Assembly: GCF_009914755.1 (NCBI RefSeq)
Contig: NC_060929.1
Direction: 5' to 3' (one strand)
DNA: 64,000 bases
Source of the DNA: the human T2T-CHM13v2.0 reference genome, Homo sapiens
Below are positions 14,280 to 27,400 of the stretch, piece after piece. The notes beneath the pieces are model-generated. The model searched no databases. It was not told the origin of the DNA and saw only the letters and a program-made list of their open reading frames with translations. The translations under genes and the position numbers were made by a program. How positions within the stretch are numbered: position 1 is the stretch's first letter; the number at the start of each line of letters is the position of its first letter.

Positions 14280-14520
14280 ACAGGAGGGAGTAGCTTTGCT
14301 GGAAAATTGGAAAGCCGAGTCTGTGTGATTTGGTGGGATCAGGAAAAGGCTGGAGGATGAAGCCAGGGGCATCCCACTTCTAGGATGACAGGAAGGGCAG
14401 GTGACAGGAAAGGAAGAGGGTGCAAAGATGGGGACCACTGGGTCTGAATGCCCATTACCCACCAGACAGAGATGTCTATAAGCAATGGTTTATACAGCTG
14501 TGGAGTGCAGAGAGGATGCA
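14280..14520. mobile_element. Probable L2 fragment
   Basis: Purine-rich L2-like text (ctttgctggaaaattgg...ggaggatgaagccagg...gagatgtc). Confidence 0.4.
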
Positions 14521-14573
14521 GGTGTCAATACCAGACAGAAGAGAAGACCTCTTACTCTGATGAAAAAAGTAGA
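14422..14573 (+). repeat. Dispersed direct duplication, copy 1
   Basis: Matches 16764-16918; last 44 nt identical. Confidence 0.92.
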
Positions 14574-16763
14574 TAGAGGGAAAAATTATTTAAAAAAAAT
14601 GCACACACATACCTGAAACATTTATTTTCACTTAAAAGACACAAATGCGCATTCATTTGCTAATTCTTTTAATTATGGCCCAAGCATTTTTTTGAGTAGG
14701 GTCTGCCTATGGAAGGATCTAAGTGGATTATTTCATAAAACATGCTCATTGCATATAATTTCCAGTTTGAGTTTCTTTAAAGAAGGATGAAACTTGTCCC
14801 ATTTATCTGAGTGGGAAGTTGTTTTAAAATTTGTATGTTTCCTCAATATTTTACTTTTGTCTCAGCCACACCTAATTTGACAGCAGTGCTGTTTAATGAC
14901 TGGTCTCCACTGAGTTATTCCAAAGATTTAACTTCGTTTTCATAGAAACAGCTCTTCTTTTCTAATGCTCATGTTTCATAGAGCTACACCAAATTTAATT
15001 ATATTACATAACTCCAATAACAAATTCAGCTGCCATAAACAGATTGGAGGACAGATTCAGCCCATTCCCTGTGAGCCCTGGAGTGGCAGCAGAAGGATGC
15101 TGACATCCCTGGGCAAGGCTGGCACCTCACCCACGGGTGCTCAGCATGGTGTGGGCGGCTGCCAATGTGTTTTGCCAAGGGATGAAGAGGCACAGTGAGT
15201 CTCATGTGTCAGCTCAGAATGACTAAAGAAGAGTTTCTAACAAGGCTGGAAGTAAACCAGTGGGCAGGGAGGAGCCCATCCAGGCAGCACATCTAGTGTC
15301 CAGAGATGAACGGAGCAGACAGGTAGAGAGCCACTAGGACAGAAATAGATCCAGAGAATACTCTAGTGCTCTGCCCTCCAGAGAGTAGAAAGCCGAAGGG
15401 TCTCGCACAGGAAGTTATATACCCAGTGGAAAACCACTTGTGTGCTTCCATGTCAGGGTAGCAGAAGAATGTTTGTAACCTGAACAGTTATCAGTACATC
15501 CATTACAACCTTCTATGTCCAAATACAATGTAAGTTTAAGATCTTGCCCTAAGGGTAGGACATCCTTGGCTAGGATTATCTCCTCAGTTCTTAAGCTGAG
15601 TTGTTTAGGAGGCTTGCAAGAACGTTAATATTGGAGACCATTACCTTTACTTTTCAGATATCTGTATTTCAATGTTGGAAGAGTCAGTATGTAAGGAAGC
15701 GTCTGTGGTCCATCCCAGCTCCGAAACCCCTTTGGTTCTGGGTGGGTCCCTCTTTGAGAAGGAACTCAAGCTTCCATGACTTTGCACTCACAGAGGCTAA
15801 GTCACAGGCTCTGAGCCAGCAGCCTGCTGCAGACACAGTCTTCAAAATCAGGAGGGCTGTGCAGGACCAGACAGCCTGCTCCACAGAGGAGCTCAGATGG
15901 GCTTTGCTGAGATGCTAGTGACAGGGAATTAAAGCATCTGTTTTCCTCCGGAGGAATCGGTTGACCGGACTCCCCGCCCTCCCCAGTTTTTTTATTGCCA
16001 CATCCTAGTTAGTCCTCATAATGGGTAAAAAATAAAATTAGTACAACTTTAATACAAGAAATTGACGCCACAAAGGGGAAGGGAGGGTAGCTCAGAACTT
16101 TCTTGGCCAGTCTCGGGGATTTTCTGAAGAGCTGGATGTTACATTTCAAAAATCGTGTTTCCAAAGCTGCCAGTCATCCAGGCCCCCAGGCTTTGCACAA
16201 TTTCAGATTCCTGACCCCTAACCCCTAGAGAGCCAAGGCCGTTCAATTTCTGGTTCATACAGAACAGGAGCGAGACCAGGAATGTGCAGGTGTTTGAGAG
16301 CCCCACGGCAGCTGCCCCTTTGTGCTATCGTTGGACATGAGAACTTTGGATGTTAAGCCTGGTAAAGAGGAGGGAGTTACCTCTTACTCAGACAGGACTC
16401 AACCTCAGATGTAATTAGGTCTAGATCGTTAGGTTGCCTACCCGTGTGTTACCACCACAGTAGTTTTTAGTCCATAGCAAAGGTAATTGTAGTAGAAACC
16501 GTTGGCTCAATGGGTGGGTGTTGAAGGGGCACAGAAGCGGCAAGGGAGAGGTGGCCTTCCAGCACAGAAACCTGAAGAGGGCAAAATACTCTTGTTCTTT
16601 TGAGTAGAGCAGGAATGATTCTGATTGTGACAACAGCACTGTTTTGGAGAGGGGACTGGCAGTAAAATGTGCATCACCTTGCTTCTGGGAGCACAGTCTC
16701 CACACACATAAGACAAGGCTGGTAAATGCAATCAATGCTGGAGCCCTTCCCAGCACATAGAGA

Positions 16764-16918
16764 GCAAAGATGGGGACCACTGGCTCTGGATGCCCTTTAC
16801 CCACGAGACAGAGGTGTCTGTAAGCAATGGCGTATATGGCTGTGGATCACAGCAGAGAGGATGCAGGAGTCAACACCAGACAGAAGAGAAGACCTCTTAC
16901 TCTGATGAAAAAAGTAGA
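16764..16918 (+). repeat. Dispersed direct duplication, copy 2
   Basis: gcaaagatggggaccactgg...gacctcttactctgatgaaaaaagtaga matches 14422-14573. Confidence 0.92.
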
Positions 16919-19900
16919 GTGCGTTGCTCTTTCTTCCAGTCTTCCCTGGAAAGTGGGCAGAGGGGCAGCATCCCAAGAACCAGAGTGCTGTTGCCAATTA
17001 GAGTTGACTGGTTTCCCTTTTAAAAGGGAATGCAAAAGCCCCCAGTGTTCTGCAGAGGAAACCCTCAGATGAGGGGTTTTTGTTGAACGAGGGAATTACT
17101 GAGGCTGTCTGTTTTGAAAAGCGAGGTCAGTTTCTTTGGTCTGTGTGTCTCATAATTCCATGTTCCTGTCTTTCCCCCATCAGTGAAAGCTCTGTAGATC
17201 ATACTGATTCCTTTTAAGATAAGCTCTGATGACAGGATGGTGAGACAGGAAAACCTGGTAAAAATGGCATGCTGGCCTCGGAGTAGTATCTCCTCCACAC
17301 CTTTGGCTCCTCACAGTCCCTGAAGATGACGCCCACAGCGCTGCCTTTGTGAGGAGCTTTGATGTCCTCGGTTTGGCTATGTGTGCTTCAGCAAAGAAAT
17401 CCTGCATTTAGAGGTGAAAACAATTCAGTGTCTGTGTCTGGCTCATTGTAAATCTCTCCTTGGGTTTCACAAATCGGGCAAAGTGGTTTGACTTTTGAGA
17501 CTGAAGAAAATGAAGTGACTGTCAAGTTGCAAGCTTCCAAATGCTCACAGCGAGCCCTGGAGTGCTGGGCCCTGTTCCTTGCCAACCAGTCATCAGAAAT
17601 GGGCTGTCCGTTCCCACATGAAAAACCAGACTAGACCCTGGCATTAACTCCTAGATGGACACCTCCCAGGAGACAGCCCAAGGGTCCTGCCCTGCCAGAC
17701 AGTGTCAGGAACATCTATGCAAACCAACTGTGGCTGGGAGGGATGAGCTGGCATGTTGCTGTCATTTCTGATGTCCTGACTGCTGGGTTTTTGGAGGATT
17801 TGATTTCTGATATACTGACTGGTGGACTTTAGGAGGATTTGGAGACTGGAGTGCATTGCTCCAGCAGGCATCGTGTGTGGGCACAGTGCAATCTGTCTAA
17901 TAACTCATTCTACCTACTGTGCTCATTTACCTACTTGGTCACAGAGATCATTGTTTATTTCAGAGCTGGACTTCTACCTTTGAACTTGCTTGGAGTGTAG
18001 CTGGCACCAGGTGATACTGATGAAGCGTCCTTTGTCCTAGACCCATAGCAAATCCCCAAGCCAACCGAGGAGGATGGCAAGTAATAAGGCCCTTGGCCAC
18101 CTGCCAGACAGGCTTAGGACATCATTGTCTCCCAAGTTCTGCTGATCCTGGCCTCTGTACTTTCAGCTTACAGCCGGCCTGCACTCTTAGTTAATTTGCT
18201 AACTAATGTTTTCCCTATGGAAGAGGCAGATTTTTCCAACTGACATCTCTTTATTGTTGAATGGGCACTGCTATCTTTAAAGCATTCAATTTACTTACAT
18301 TATATTAGATCTCAAATTATACATGTGAAGATGCTGCTATTTTATATGAAGACAAGGTTGTAGTGTCTTCAAAAACCAAGTAATATTGATCCTGTCAGAC
18401 CATGTTGGCAGCTGTCTTGACCCCTGGGCCATTGAGTCTGCAGTGTGTGAGTATCTGGGTATAGTCAGTGACACGAATGGTTTAATTTAGAACAGCCTAC
18501 TGGACAGTTGTGACCCATACAGCAGCTTGCGGAAGTCAGGAGTCCCCACGTCTAACTCTGATGCTGAAGAGGCACCGCCTAGCGAATGCTGTATTCTAAT
18601 GTTGCGTCTCACGGCATCCAGCACCCGCCACTCTGGACTAAATCCAGCTGGCAGCTGGAGCCCTGATACTTATCAATGCCTCGTGTAGGTTTGTGTCGTG
18701 ACAAGGTTTCTGCCCCATTGTTATTCTCTGTCTTTATTGTGTTATGAGAGACTCCTGCCTAGAATTCCTAGAGTTATTCTTGAAAATAGAACAACAGAAT
18801 GCTGGATGGTGAAACTTCAAAAAGAATCAGCAAACAAAAGACACTGAAACTAAATTCTAAAAGGGAGGGCTCAGGGAGACTTGCTGATGTGAAAGCCACA
18901 AGCAGAGCATGGCTGCCCTGGCGGGGCTTGGCCCTAGGCAGCAGCTCGGGCCCAGACCAGGGCTGGCCTCTGCATCTGAATTGTCATTATGACACATAAT
19001 CTGCTGATGTCGTGTGTAATGACAAGGGACTTTACTAAACCCTTTTTGGAAACTTGCATTTTCAAAGAAAGCATTATATGCAAAAACCAAAATGTCATTT
19101 TAATTTTTTTTTTAATGGGGAAGAGGGAGTCATTTTGTTGAGAAATGACTAAAGACTGTTCGGCATTAGGGATATTGCATATTGATTAGATGATACCAGG
19201 AAATCCTGGGTAGACCGTTGAGCGAAGGCTGTAAACCCTGTCACTTTCTGGGTAGTGTTGAGAGCCACAAAGGAGCACCCTGGGAGGGAGCCTTGGGCAG
19301 TGGAGGTCCTGAGGGCCAGTGGGGACTGCGTCTCCAGAGTCCCGCAGTGGAAACTGACTGATTTGGGTAATACCAGCCACTTTGCATTCTTCCAGTTGGT
19401 GGACTTAGGAAAACCAAAACAAAGCGAGAACGCTTGTGGCCACTGGTGGGCAACTGAACACAGCTTGTTACTGTTCATGGAACCCTCAGACATTAGCACA
19501 GAAGCTTGCGTGGATTTTGACTCATTCATGAGCTGAAATGAAGACATTCCCCTAAAGCTCGGTTTTTTAAACAAAACAGACACTTGGTGTTTCCAGATGT
19601 GGTATGAAGGAGCTTTGTTCAGGAGGACTGTTTGAATGGAGTGCAGCTAAGAGAGAAGGCAGAGAATGGATCGACCCAGTTGGAACGTCTTAAGATGGTG
19701 GAGACAGAAGACTTAACGAGGCGGTGTGAAAAGCTCTTGAGCAGCCAACGTGTCTTTTGCAGCCTCAGTGTAGAATACCCATTGTAATTTATAAGGCTGC
19801 AGGATTGAGAGAGCAAATATAAGAAATGGGAGGAAAGTTAAAAACAACAGGAAAGCACACAGAAGCGGCAACAGAGTAACCGAGAGGCTTTACATGGAGA

Positions 19901-20637
19901 ATTATCACAGACGGGAAGCCAAGAATCAATTTTTCATAATGAGGATGTGTATGTAATTTAGGTGGCTTAACATGGAATTAAAAAAAAATCCACTAATCTC
20001 GTTGACACTGGAAAATGGAAGCATTACCACAATCCATATAGGGCAACTCCTACAACCCTGACATGTGTATTTTTTATGTGTACACAAATTTACATTTTAG
20101 TCTTTGTATAATTTTCTTAAAAATATAATTGAATCTTTTCAGTGAAAACACTTGGTACAAAATAATTCAAGGCTTCTACAAACCAAAGCAAGTAAAACGA
20201 TCATGGTGCTCGGTTTAAAGGCCTTAAGTAATGTGGTGTGGCTATCAAGGGTTTGGGGCGGGATCAATTCTGTTTCCCATCCAGGAAGTAGCATCAATTT
20301 CCCTCTCCTTCGAGGTTCTACCACCTAATTCATCCTCAGGACTTTCAGAAGAGTCCAAACCTTGGCTCTAAAATCACTTGAGTCACAGACTCCCTGGAGA
20401 ACTTGAGGAAAGGCACTCATCATTTTGTTCAGAAATCACGTCCAGCCAGGCATGCATAGAACTGGAGCAGTTTCAGGATGTTCCTGGATCTCCTGGAGCT
20501 TGAGGTCCAAACCTTTTTGATTGTATTTTCTTACTTAGATATCTGTATACCTCGATCCAGATTGTGGAATTAGAGACACTCAAATGTGTTTATAAAGGCT
20601 TTGAAGTATAAGAAAAACACTTGTTTTGGACAATGAA

Positions 20638-20971
20638 TTTTTATTTTTATTTATTTATTGTATTGTATTCTATTTTTTGAGACAGAGTCCCGCTCTGTCA
20701 CCCAGGCAGGACTGCAGTGATACAATCACAGCCCACTGCTGCCTTGACTTCCTGGGCTCAAGTGATCTTCCTGAGTAGCTGGGACTTCAGTTGTGTATCA
20801 CCTCACCCAGCTAATTTTTGTATTTTTTGTGTGTGGAGATGGGTTTTTGCCATGTTGCCCAGGCTGGTCTCAAGCTCCTAGGCTTAAGCATCCTCCTTCT
20901 AGGCTTATTCCTCCTGCCTCAGCCTGGAATTACAGTGCTGGGATTACAGGCGTGAGCTACCACACCCAGCC
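20638..20971 (-). mobile_element. Alu (AluJ-like, degenerate)
   Basis: T-rich tail, then gagacagagtcccgctctgtcacccaggc...cttcctgggctcaagtgatc...gctgggattacaggcgtgagc. Confidence 0.9.
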
Positions 20972-22049
20972 TAGACACTGAATTTTTTGAATGCTGAATA
21001 AAACTTGCATATACTGCCTGCTCTGAACCATGTTAAAAATATGTTTACACACAGAAAGCACTGGAAGCAACAGTCGTAGTGATGTTCATAGAAGGGATCA
21101 TAGCGGGATTTCCCTTCTCCTTTCTGTCTCTCACTGTGTAACTTGGGTCCACAAATGCCATTCTCGAGAACACTTCTCCCAGGTGCCGTGGCTGCTGCCA
21201 GAGGCACCTCCGGAGTTCCTGGCCAAGCTCTCTGGGCTTCTGCTTTGACACCTAACCTGAGGGTGACTGTGGGGTTCAGTGTGGGGGCACAGGATGGAGG
21301 GTCAAAGGAGAAGCCTGAGCATCTTCACAAGTCCTCGGGTTTACCCTGAGATTCAGGAGCAAGTCACTGTTGCCCTAACTCTACTCAGCAATGCCGTAGA
21401 GTGGAAGACAGGATGCCCCTGTCCTGGGTTCTCAGCACAGACACAGCTGCAGGCAGAGCCTCGCAGGCGACCCCTAGGTGGGACCCCTGGTGCCCTGCAC
21501 TGATGTGCTTGCAAGGAGGTGGTGAGGAAGCCAGCTCCCCTCTCATCCCCTTGTGACTGGCCCACAGGGAGTTGCACAGGGAAATTAACATGAATGGAAA
21601 TCATCAAGTCCTCAGAAGTGACTCCAGGAGGCAGCTCAAGCCCTCCTGCCCAGTGAGTCCCTGTTATGGCGCCATGTTTCCCCCTTCCTCTTGACGGCCT
21701 CTCCAGGGTGCACACCAAGCCCTCCTGCAGATGGGCTTGTGCAAAACCAGCTGAGGCTTGGTAGACACACTCAGGCACAGTGTCTTGATCAAAGGTGATG
21801 CCACTGGGCAAAGCCTGGCTCAGACTCCACTCTGCACCCCATCACTTGACAACATGCACGTTGATGGGGTCTACTTTAATCACCAGGAAAGAAAAACACA
21901 TTTACAAGCATCAACAGCTGCTAACAAATTGAAAGAAAGATAATCAGACATGATGAGCCTCCTGCTGGAAGAATGCCTGATAACTTACGCAATAATCATA
22001 CGAGAAAGGAGAACCAGGATCTAAAGAAGCCTCTAGAACCAACCACTAA

Positions 22050-22565
22050 AGAATGAAAAGATAGAGGACAGAGAAACACAAGAACCAACACCACAGAGAT
22101 GTAATTCCAAGAATCCTGTAACCAGCAAAACACACTGTGGAAGACTCAGTAAGGGAAAGATCCGGTTTCTTTAACAAATACATTGAACATAAAAATAAAA
22201 TTTAAGGTAAAGCCTAAAGACTAAAAGAGAAGATGTGAATCTGTTGCACAATCTGGACTTTATTAGGATCCTCAAACAAACATATTAAATTATGATATTG
22301 ATGACACAGCTGGGAATTGGAACACTAGCCCTTCAGGGATGTTAACGAATCATTAATGCTCTAGATGTTATGGTGATATTACGGTTATGTTTTAAAAAAT
22401 CCTTATTTTTTAGAGATGCATATTGAGATATTTTCATGTCTGGAATCACCTTCAAAACGCTGTAGGTGTTGGGGGCATACACTGAAAATTGTGAAGGCTG
22501 AGTGGACAGGAACCCAGAGGTGTTTTATTTTTTATATGTTTGAAATTTTGCATTTTTTAAAAAAG
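22050..22565 (+). mobile_element. Old L1 (L1MC/ME-type) 3' region, approximate bounds
   Basis: A-rich; atggtgatattacggttatgttttaaaaaatccttattttttagagatgcatattga is typical of old L1 3' UTRs. Confidence 0.5.
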
Positions 22566-22856
22566 AAGAGAACAGACACACTGTGCCGAATAGGGTTCTT
22601 TCCAAGTCCACTGGAACCCAAAAGCCAGAGGAAGGGAAAGAATGACAGAGCATGAATCAGGATCAGGGAGGTGAGAAACAGCAGGCGCAGGGAGACTCCG
22701 GTAGGAATGCTCACCCAGGAAAGGTGGAACTGAAAATAACGGCACACACACGACCGTGGCTGGGAAATCGCGCCGCTGCCTCCACATCAGATGTGGGGCC
22801 GCTTCTATCAGAGTGATGGAGCCATCCCTCACCGAGGTCTCTTTGTCCCTGCCCAG

Positions 22857-23058
22857 CTGGTCCGTGGGGAACTGGAGTGCCTGCAGTCGGACGTGTGGCG
22901 GGGGTGCCCAGAGCCGCCCCGTGCAGTGCACACGGCGGGTGCACTATGACTCGGAGCCAGTCCCGGCCAGCCTGTGCCCTCAGCCTGCTCCCTCCAGCAG
23001 GCAGGCCTGCAACTCTCAGAGCTGCCCACCTGCATGGAGCGCCGGGCCCTGGGCAGAG
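22857..23058 (+). CDS. ADAMTS16: ADAMTS16 coding exon (probably exon 19), TSP type-1 repeat
   Basis: cag|C TGG...GAG|gtaacc, 202 nt; (S)WSVGNWSACSRTCGGGAQSRPVQCTRR...CPPAWSAGPWAE contains the WxxxxWxxCSxTCGGG TSR motif. Confidence 0.95.
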
Positions 23059-23160
23059 GTAACCAGGGTGGGGTTGGCATGGGTGGCAGCAGGGCCCCTG
23101 CATGATCTGCTGTGTTGCACATGGCCCTCACTGGGTGCTTATCCTGACTGTTCTGTGCAG

Positions 23161-23355
23161 TGCTCACACACCTGTGGGAAGGGGTGGAGGAAGCGGGCAG
23201 TGGCCTGTAAGAGCACCAACCCCTCGGCCAGAGCGCAGCTGCTGCCCGACGCTGTCTGCACCTCCGAGCCCAAGCCCAGGATGCATGAAGCCTGTCTGCT
23301 TCAGCGCTGCCACAAGCCCAAGAAGCTGCAGTGGCTGGTGTCCGCCTGGTCCCAG
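23161..23355 (+). CDS. ADAMTS16: ADAMTS16 coding exon (probably exon 20), TSP type-1 repeat
   Basis: gcag|TGC...CAG|gtaggt, 195 nt, phase 0/0; CSHTCGKGWRKRAVACKS...KLQWLVSAWSQ. Confidence 0.95.
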
Positions 23356-24536
23356 GTAGGTGCACTGGTCTCGCGGGAGCGAGGTTGACTAGCTCTCCCC
23401 TCGGGACTGCCTCTTCTCTCCTGGTTTTTCTCTTCTCACTTCTCTCTCTTCTCCCCTTATATCTCTTCTTGGCTTCCTTGCACCTTCTCAGCTTCCAACA
23501 ACTTCATGGGGTTGCTTAATCTCCTTTGGCTTCTGAATCGTGTCCTGGGAGCAAATCACACAGTGGCGTCCACGTCATCATCACTGGTCCAGCGTGGAGC
23601 AGAGGACGAGAGGGTTGAGGGGGTGTGAGTGTGAGAATAGGGGTTCACTCATCTCACTGACAGCGGGGCCCTGGAGACTCACCTAACTCCTGGGCAGGTG
23701 TAGCCACATTCCAGGAAATGCGCGGCTCCTGAAGAGCAGGAAGAACATGCGTTGCTTGGGAAGAAACAGTACCCATTTCCTGAGACAAGTTTCCGGGGGC
23801 AGCTGTTCTATTTGCGAAAGGAAACTCTCCTGTTAGTTTTGTTGAAATCGATCACCTGTTGCTGCAGGAGGCTGGGAAGCCGTTTCCTCTACACCATTCA
23901 GGAGCTGTCCTGGAGCCCTTCATCATGGGAATAACGTTGGAATCATGAGTTTGGAATACTGATGGTTTCATGACCAGCTTTGGACCAAGTGGTTCCAAAA
24001 GCACTTTGGAAATCTTACACCCCACAGAGTGGCAACAGCACCACCAGCCAAGCATGAACCTGTCTGAACGGGGTATTGAGAGATCACCGTAACCCAGAGC
24101 TGTGCCTCTGCATTGCCACAGCAGCTGTGGGAAGAAAGCTCCTCCCTGATCCCACGCTCCTCAGGGAGGGACCCGGATCTCATCAGGCACTGCGTTTTCT
24201 CCACCCTCGAACGATGGCTTCTTTGTTCAGATTGGTAGGAAGTGCCAAGCAAGGCATTGAATCCTGTTGAGACTCTGTTTCAGTTTGTTACTAAAAAATA
24301 AGAACACCCTTGCTCGCTTAAGTGAGCTTGCCATTGCTAACAATGCACTTCAGGTCCTCTTTCACCTGGAGGGTAGGAATGAGTGTCCCACAGAACTGAA
24401 CGCACTGTCATTGGAAAAGACACATCCCTGGGTGCATATCCCTAGAGGCAGAGTCTACAGAAAATAAGCGATGTGGGCTGCATAATCTATGGGCTGTGTC
24501 CAGGTAGAAAGTCCTTGCCCTGAAATTTAATACATG

Positions 24537-25150
24537 CACACACATCCCACACCACACACACACACACACATCCTACACCACACACACACACACATCCCAC
24601 ACCACACACACACACACACATCCATCCCACACCACACACACACATCCCACACCACACACACACACACACATCCCACACCACACACACACACATCCCACAC
24701 CACACACACACCCCACACCACACACACACATCCCACACCACACACACACACATATCCCACACCACACACACATCCCACACCAAACACACACACATCCACA
24801 CCACACACACACATCCCACACCACACACACACAATCCCACACCACACACACAATCCCACACCACACACACACATCCCACACCACACACACACACATCCCA
24901 CACCACACACACACATCCACACCACACACACACATCCCACACCACACACACATCCCACACCACACACACACAATCCCACACCACACACACACACACACAT
25001 CCCACACCACACACACAACCCACACCACACACACACATCCACACCACACACACACACATCCCACACCACACACACACAATCCCACACCACACACACATCC
25101 CATACCACACACTCACACATCCCACACCATACACACACACACACACACAC
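24537..25150. repeat. Complex CA-rich tandem repeat, (CA)n blocks punctuated by TCCCACAC
   Basis: About 614 bp of units like cacacacatcccacac with variable CA number; it accounts for the spurious low-complexity ORFs here. Confidence 0.97.
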
Positions 25151-26092
25151 GTCAGAGCTTCTCTCTTAGGCCTGGATCAGCGAGCAACCAAGAGGAGTGT
25201 TCCAAGTCCTCTCCATCTTCGATCAGGATGCACAAAAAGCACACCTGTAAGCCTAAAGATGTGAGTGCAAGGTCAGGACCTGGGCAGGTGTTGCCACCTG
25301 GGCTCCTCTGCTGGGGAACCTGGGGACACTTCAGCCAGAGGTCCACTGGAGCTGCACAGCATCGTCCGCTCTACCCCAGCAGGAGACAGCAACGCCAGGG
25401 GCCGGGACCTCTGTCCCAGAGACCCTCCGCGCCCAGTCTGTGGTGGGACAGTGTGCCTTGCTCCTGTGTGTTCTCCCTGCAAGTGGGGGCTGCAGCCTCC
25501 TGCCTGGCCTGCTCGTTTGCACAGGGCACCTCTGCACAAGCCAGGGTGTCTGCAACTGGAGCAGCTCAAGCTTAGAGCCTGCCTTAGTGGAGAGCTAAGG
25601 GACGTGCTCTCCACGCACGCTTCCTTTCCTCGCAGGCAGCACTCAGATGCCTAGGGAAGATTGTGAGCCCTGAGTTTCTTCTACCTGCCCCAGCTTTAGG
25701 GGCCAACATCACTGCATTTGCGTGGGTTAATCCATGGACCCGTGGTAGTTACCACATGTACTTATGTATTAAGTTTCAGTATGCTTCGATATCAGTGACA
25801 GCCCAACATTTTAATTTTCCAGTGAAACGGTAGCTTTAGAATTACTCCCTTCATGGTTTCTGACTGCCCTGCCCCTACTTATGCCCCATGATGCTGTGCC
25901 ACTGACTTCAAGTTCCTCTTATTTTTAATGATAGATTCTATAATGTCTCTTAAAAATGCTAAGGTCCAATAATTTTCACTGAATGTTCACACTTATATAA
26001 ATGTTCAAGCAGATATCTCTGATATTTTAACCCACAGATTTTGCAAAAAAAGAGATTTTTTTCACTGACTTCTTTTGTTCTCTTCTTTTTAG

Positions 26093-26317
26093 TGCTCTGT
26101 GACATGTGAAAGAGGAACACAGAAAAGATTCTTAAAATGTGCTGAAAAGTATGTTTCTGGAAAGTATCGAGAGCTGGCCTCAAAGAAGTGCTCACATTTG
26201 CCGAAGCCCAGCCTGGAGCTGGAACGTGCCTGCGCCCCGCTTCCATGCCCCAGGCACCCCCCATTTGCTGCTGCGGGACCCTCGAGGGGCAGCTGGTTTG
26301 CCTCACCCTGGTCTCAG
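26093..26317 (+). CDS. ADAMTS16: ADAMTS16 coding exon (probably exon 21), TSP type-1 repeat
   Basis: Strong pyrimidine tract, ttttag|TGC...CAG|gtaggg, 225 nt; CSVTCERGTQKRFLKCAEK...GSWFASPWSQ. Confidence 0.95.
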
Positions 26318-27229
26318 GTAGGGGAGGCCCTCGGTTCCTGGAGAGTGGGCGAGCACAGCTTGGCCTGGGGTTGGCCGCTGGCTCCCGGGGATGCTTCTGC
26401 GAGGGTGTTTTCCCCAAAGCTGGCCAAGCTACTGCATGAGGTTTTCTTTCCAGAGCATGTGCGGGTGGCCTGGTTCCTGGGTGTGGGTGTGGCTTTCTGA
26501 GGATGGTCTCCAAGTGTTGCTGAATCTTTTAGGGCACATATGTTTTCCTCTAAATGTCACCCAATTAAGTATAAGGAAATGCAATGCCTTGGGTAAAATC
26601 TGGGCTGAATTCCCCAGAGATGAGTGTGAACAGGAAAGGAATGCGAGCCCTGGGATAAATAGGTGGTTGTTCTTTTCAGCCCACCCTCAGCCCTCACTGT
26701 TTCCTGATCGGGTCGCTAGCAGCCTCATGCCCACCATGGAGCGGGGGTTCCTTCCTCGGGGTCTTTGTTCCTGTGTTTCTCCTCGTCTGTGCCCGCGCCT
26801 CCCACCACCCCTGCGATGCTGCTGGCATTTCTGCTTTCGGGTCGGGGTGGGCCCAGACCCCTTAGGAGTTCCGAAGGCTGACACTCGGTTCTCTGCAGCA
26901 CACTGCAAGCGTGTGCACTGGCTTGTGGCTGCCCGGTAGAGAGGCGCTTCATCTGGTCTCCTTTTCCCATCTCTTGGCTGGGAGAGTGAGCCTCTTTCTA
27001 ATTTACACAGAGGCCCTCTGCCTGCTGCAGAGGCCCTGGCTCTGATTCTCTCCTTTTGGAGAGATGGAGGTGGAAGGAAGCAGGCGGAAGGGAATAGGAG
27101 TGACTGCGTGTGGCAACAGCCCCTACATGTGCTCTCTCACTGTCTCGCCCATCTCCATGTGGGTCCCTAACTGGGTGCCACAGTGGAATGGACAGGAATA
27201 AGTGCAGGGACAACAGCTAGCCACCGTGG

Positions 27230-27400
27230 AGAGCCCTGTGTGCTGGCGCTGCTCTGAGTCAATTCCTTTCTCTCTCCTATTAGCCCTCTAAGGGGGTAAC
27301 CTTATCATCCCTATTTCACAGATGAGGCAACTGAGGCACAGAGTCAGCTCCCACAGCGCTAGTGAGAGGCACAAGCTCACCTGCTCGATGGGGTCCACAC
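27230..27400 (-). mobile_element. MIR fragment
   Basis: atccctatttcacagatgaggcaactgaggcacagag is the MIR core. Confidence 0.7.

Noticed and set aside
22756-23388. 210-aa ORF as a single-exon gene
   Set aside because: It is two ADAMTS16 exons joined by an open intron plus flanking intron sequence.
24487-25169. 179-219 aa His/Thr/Pro-rich and Cys/Val-rich ORFs; superficial CRISPR-like periodicity
   Set aside because: These are translations of a CA-variant tandem repeat with no unique spacers, no cas genes and a eukaryotic context.
26318-26939. Read-through tail after the exon ending at 26317 and overlapping 182-184 aa ORFs
   Set aside because: GC-rich intron sequence with no domain signal; the stop lies upstream of later junctions, so NMD is expected.
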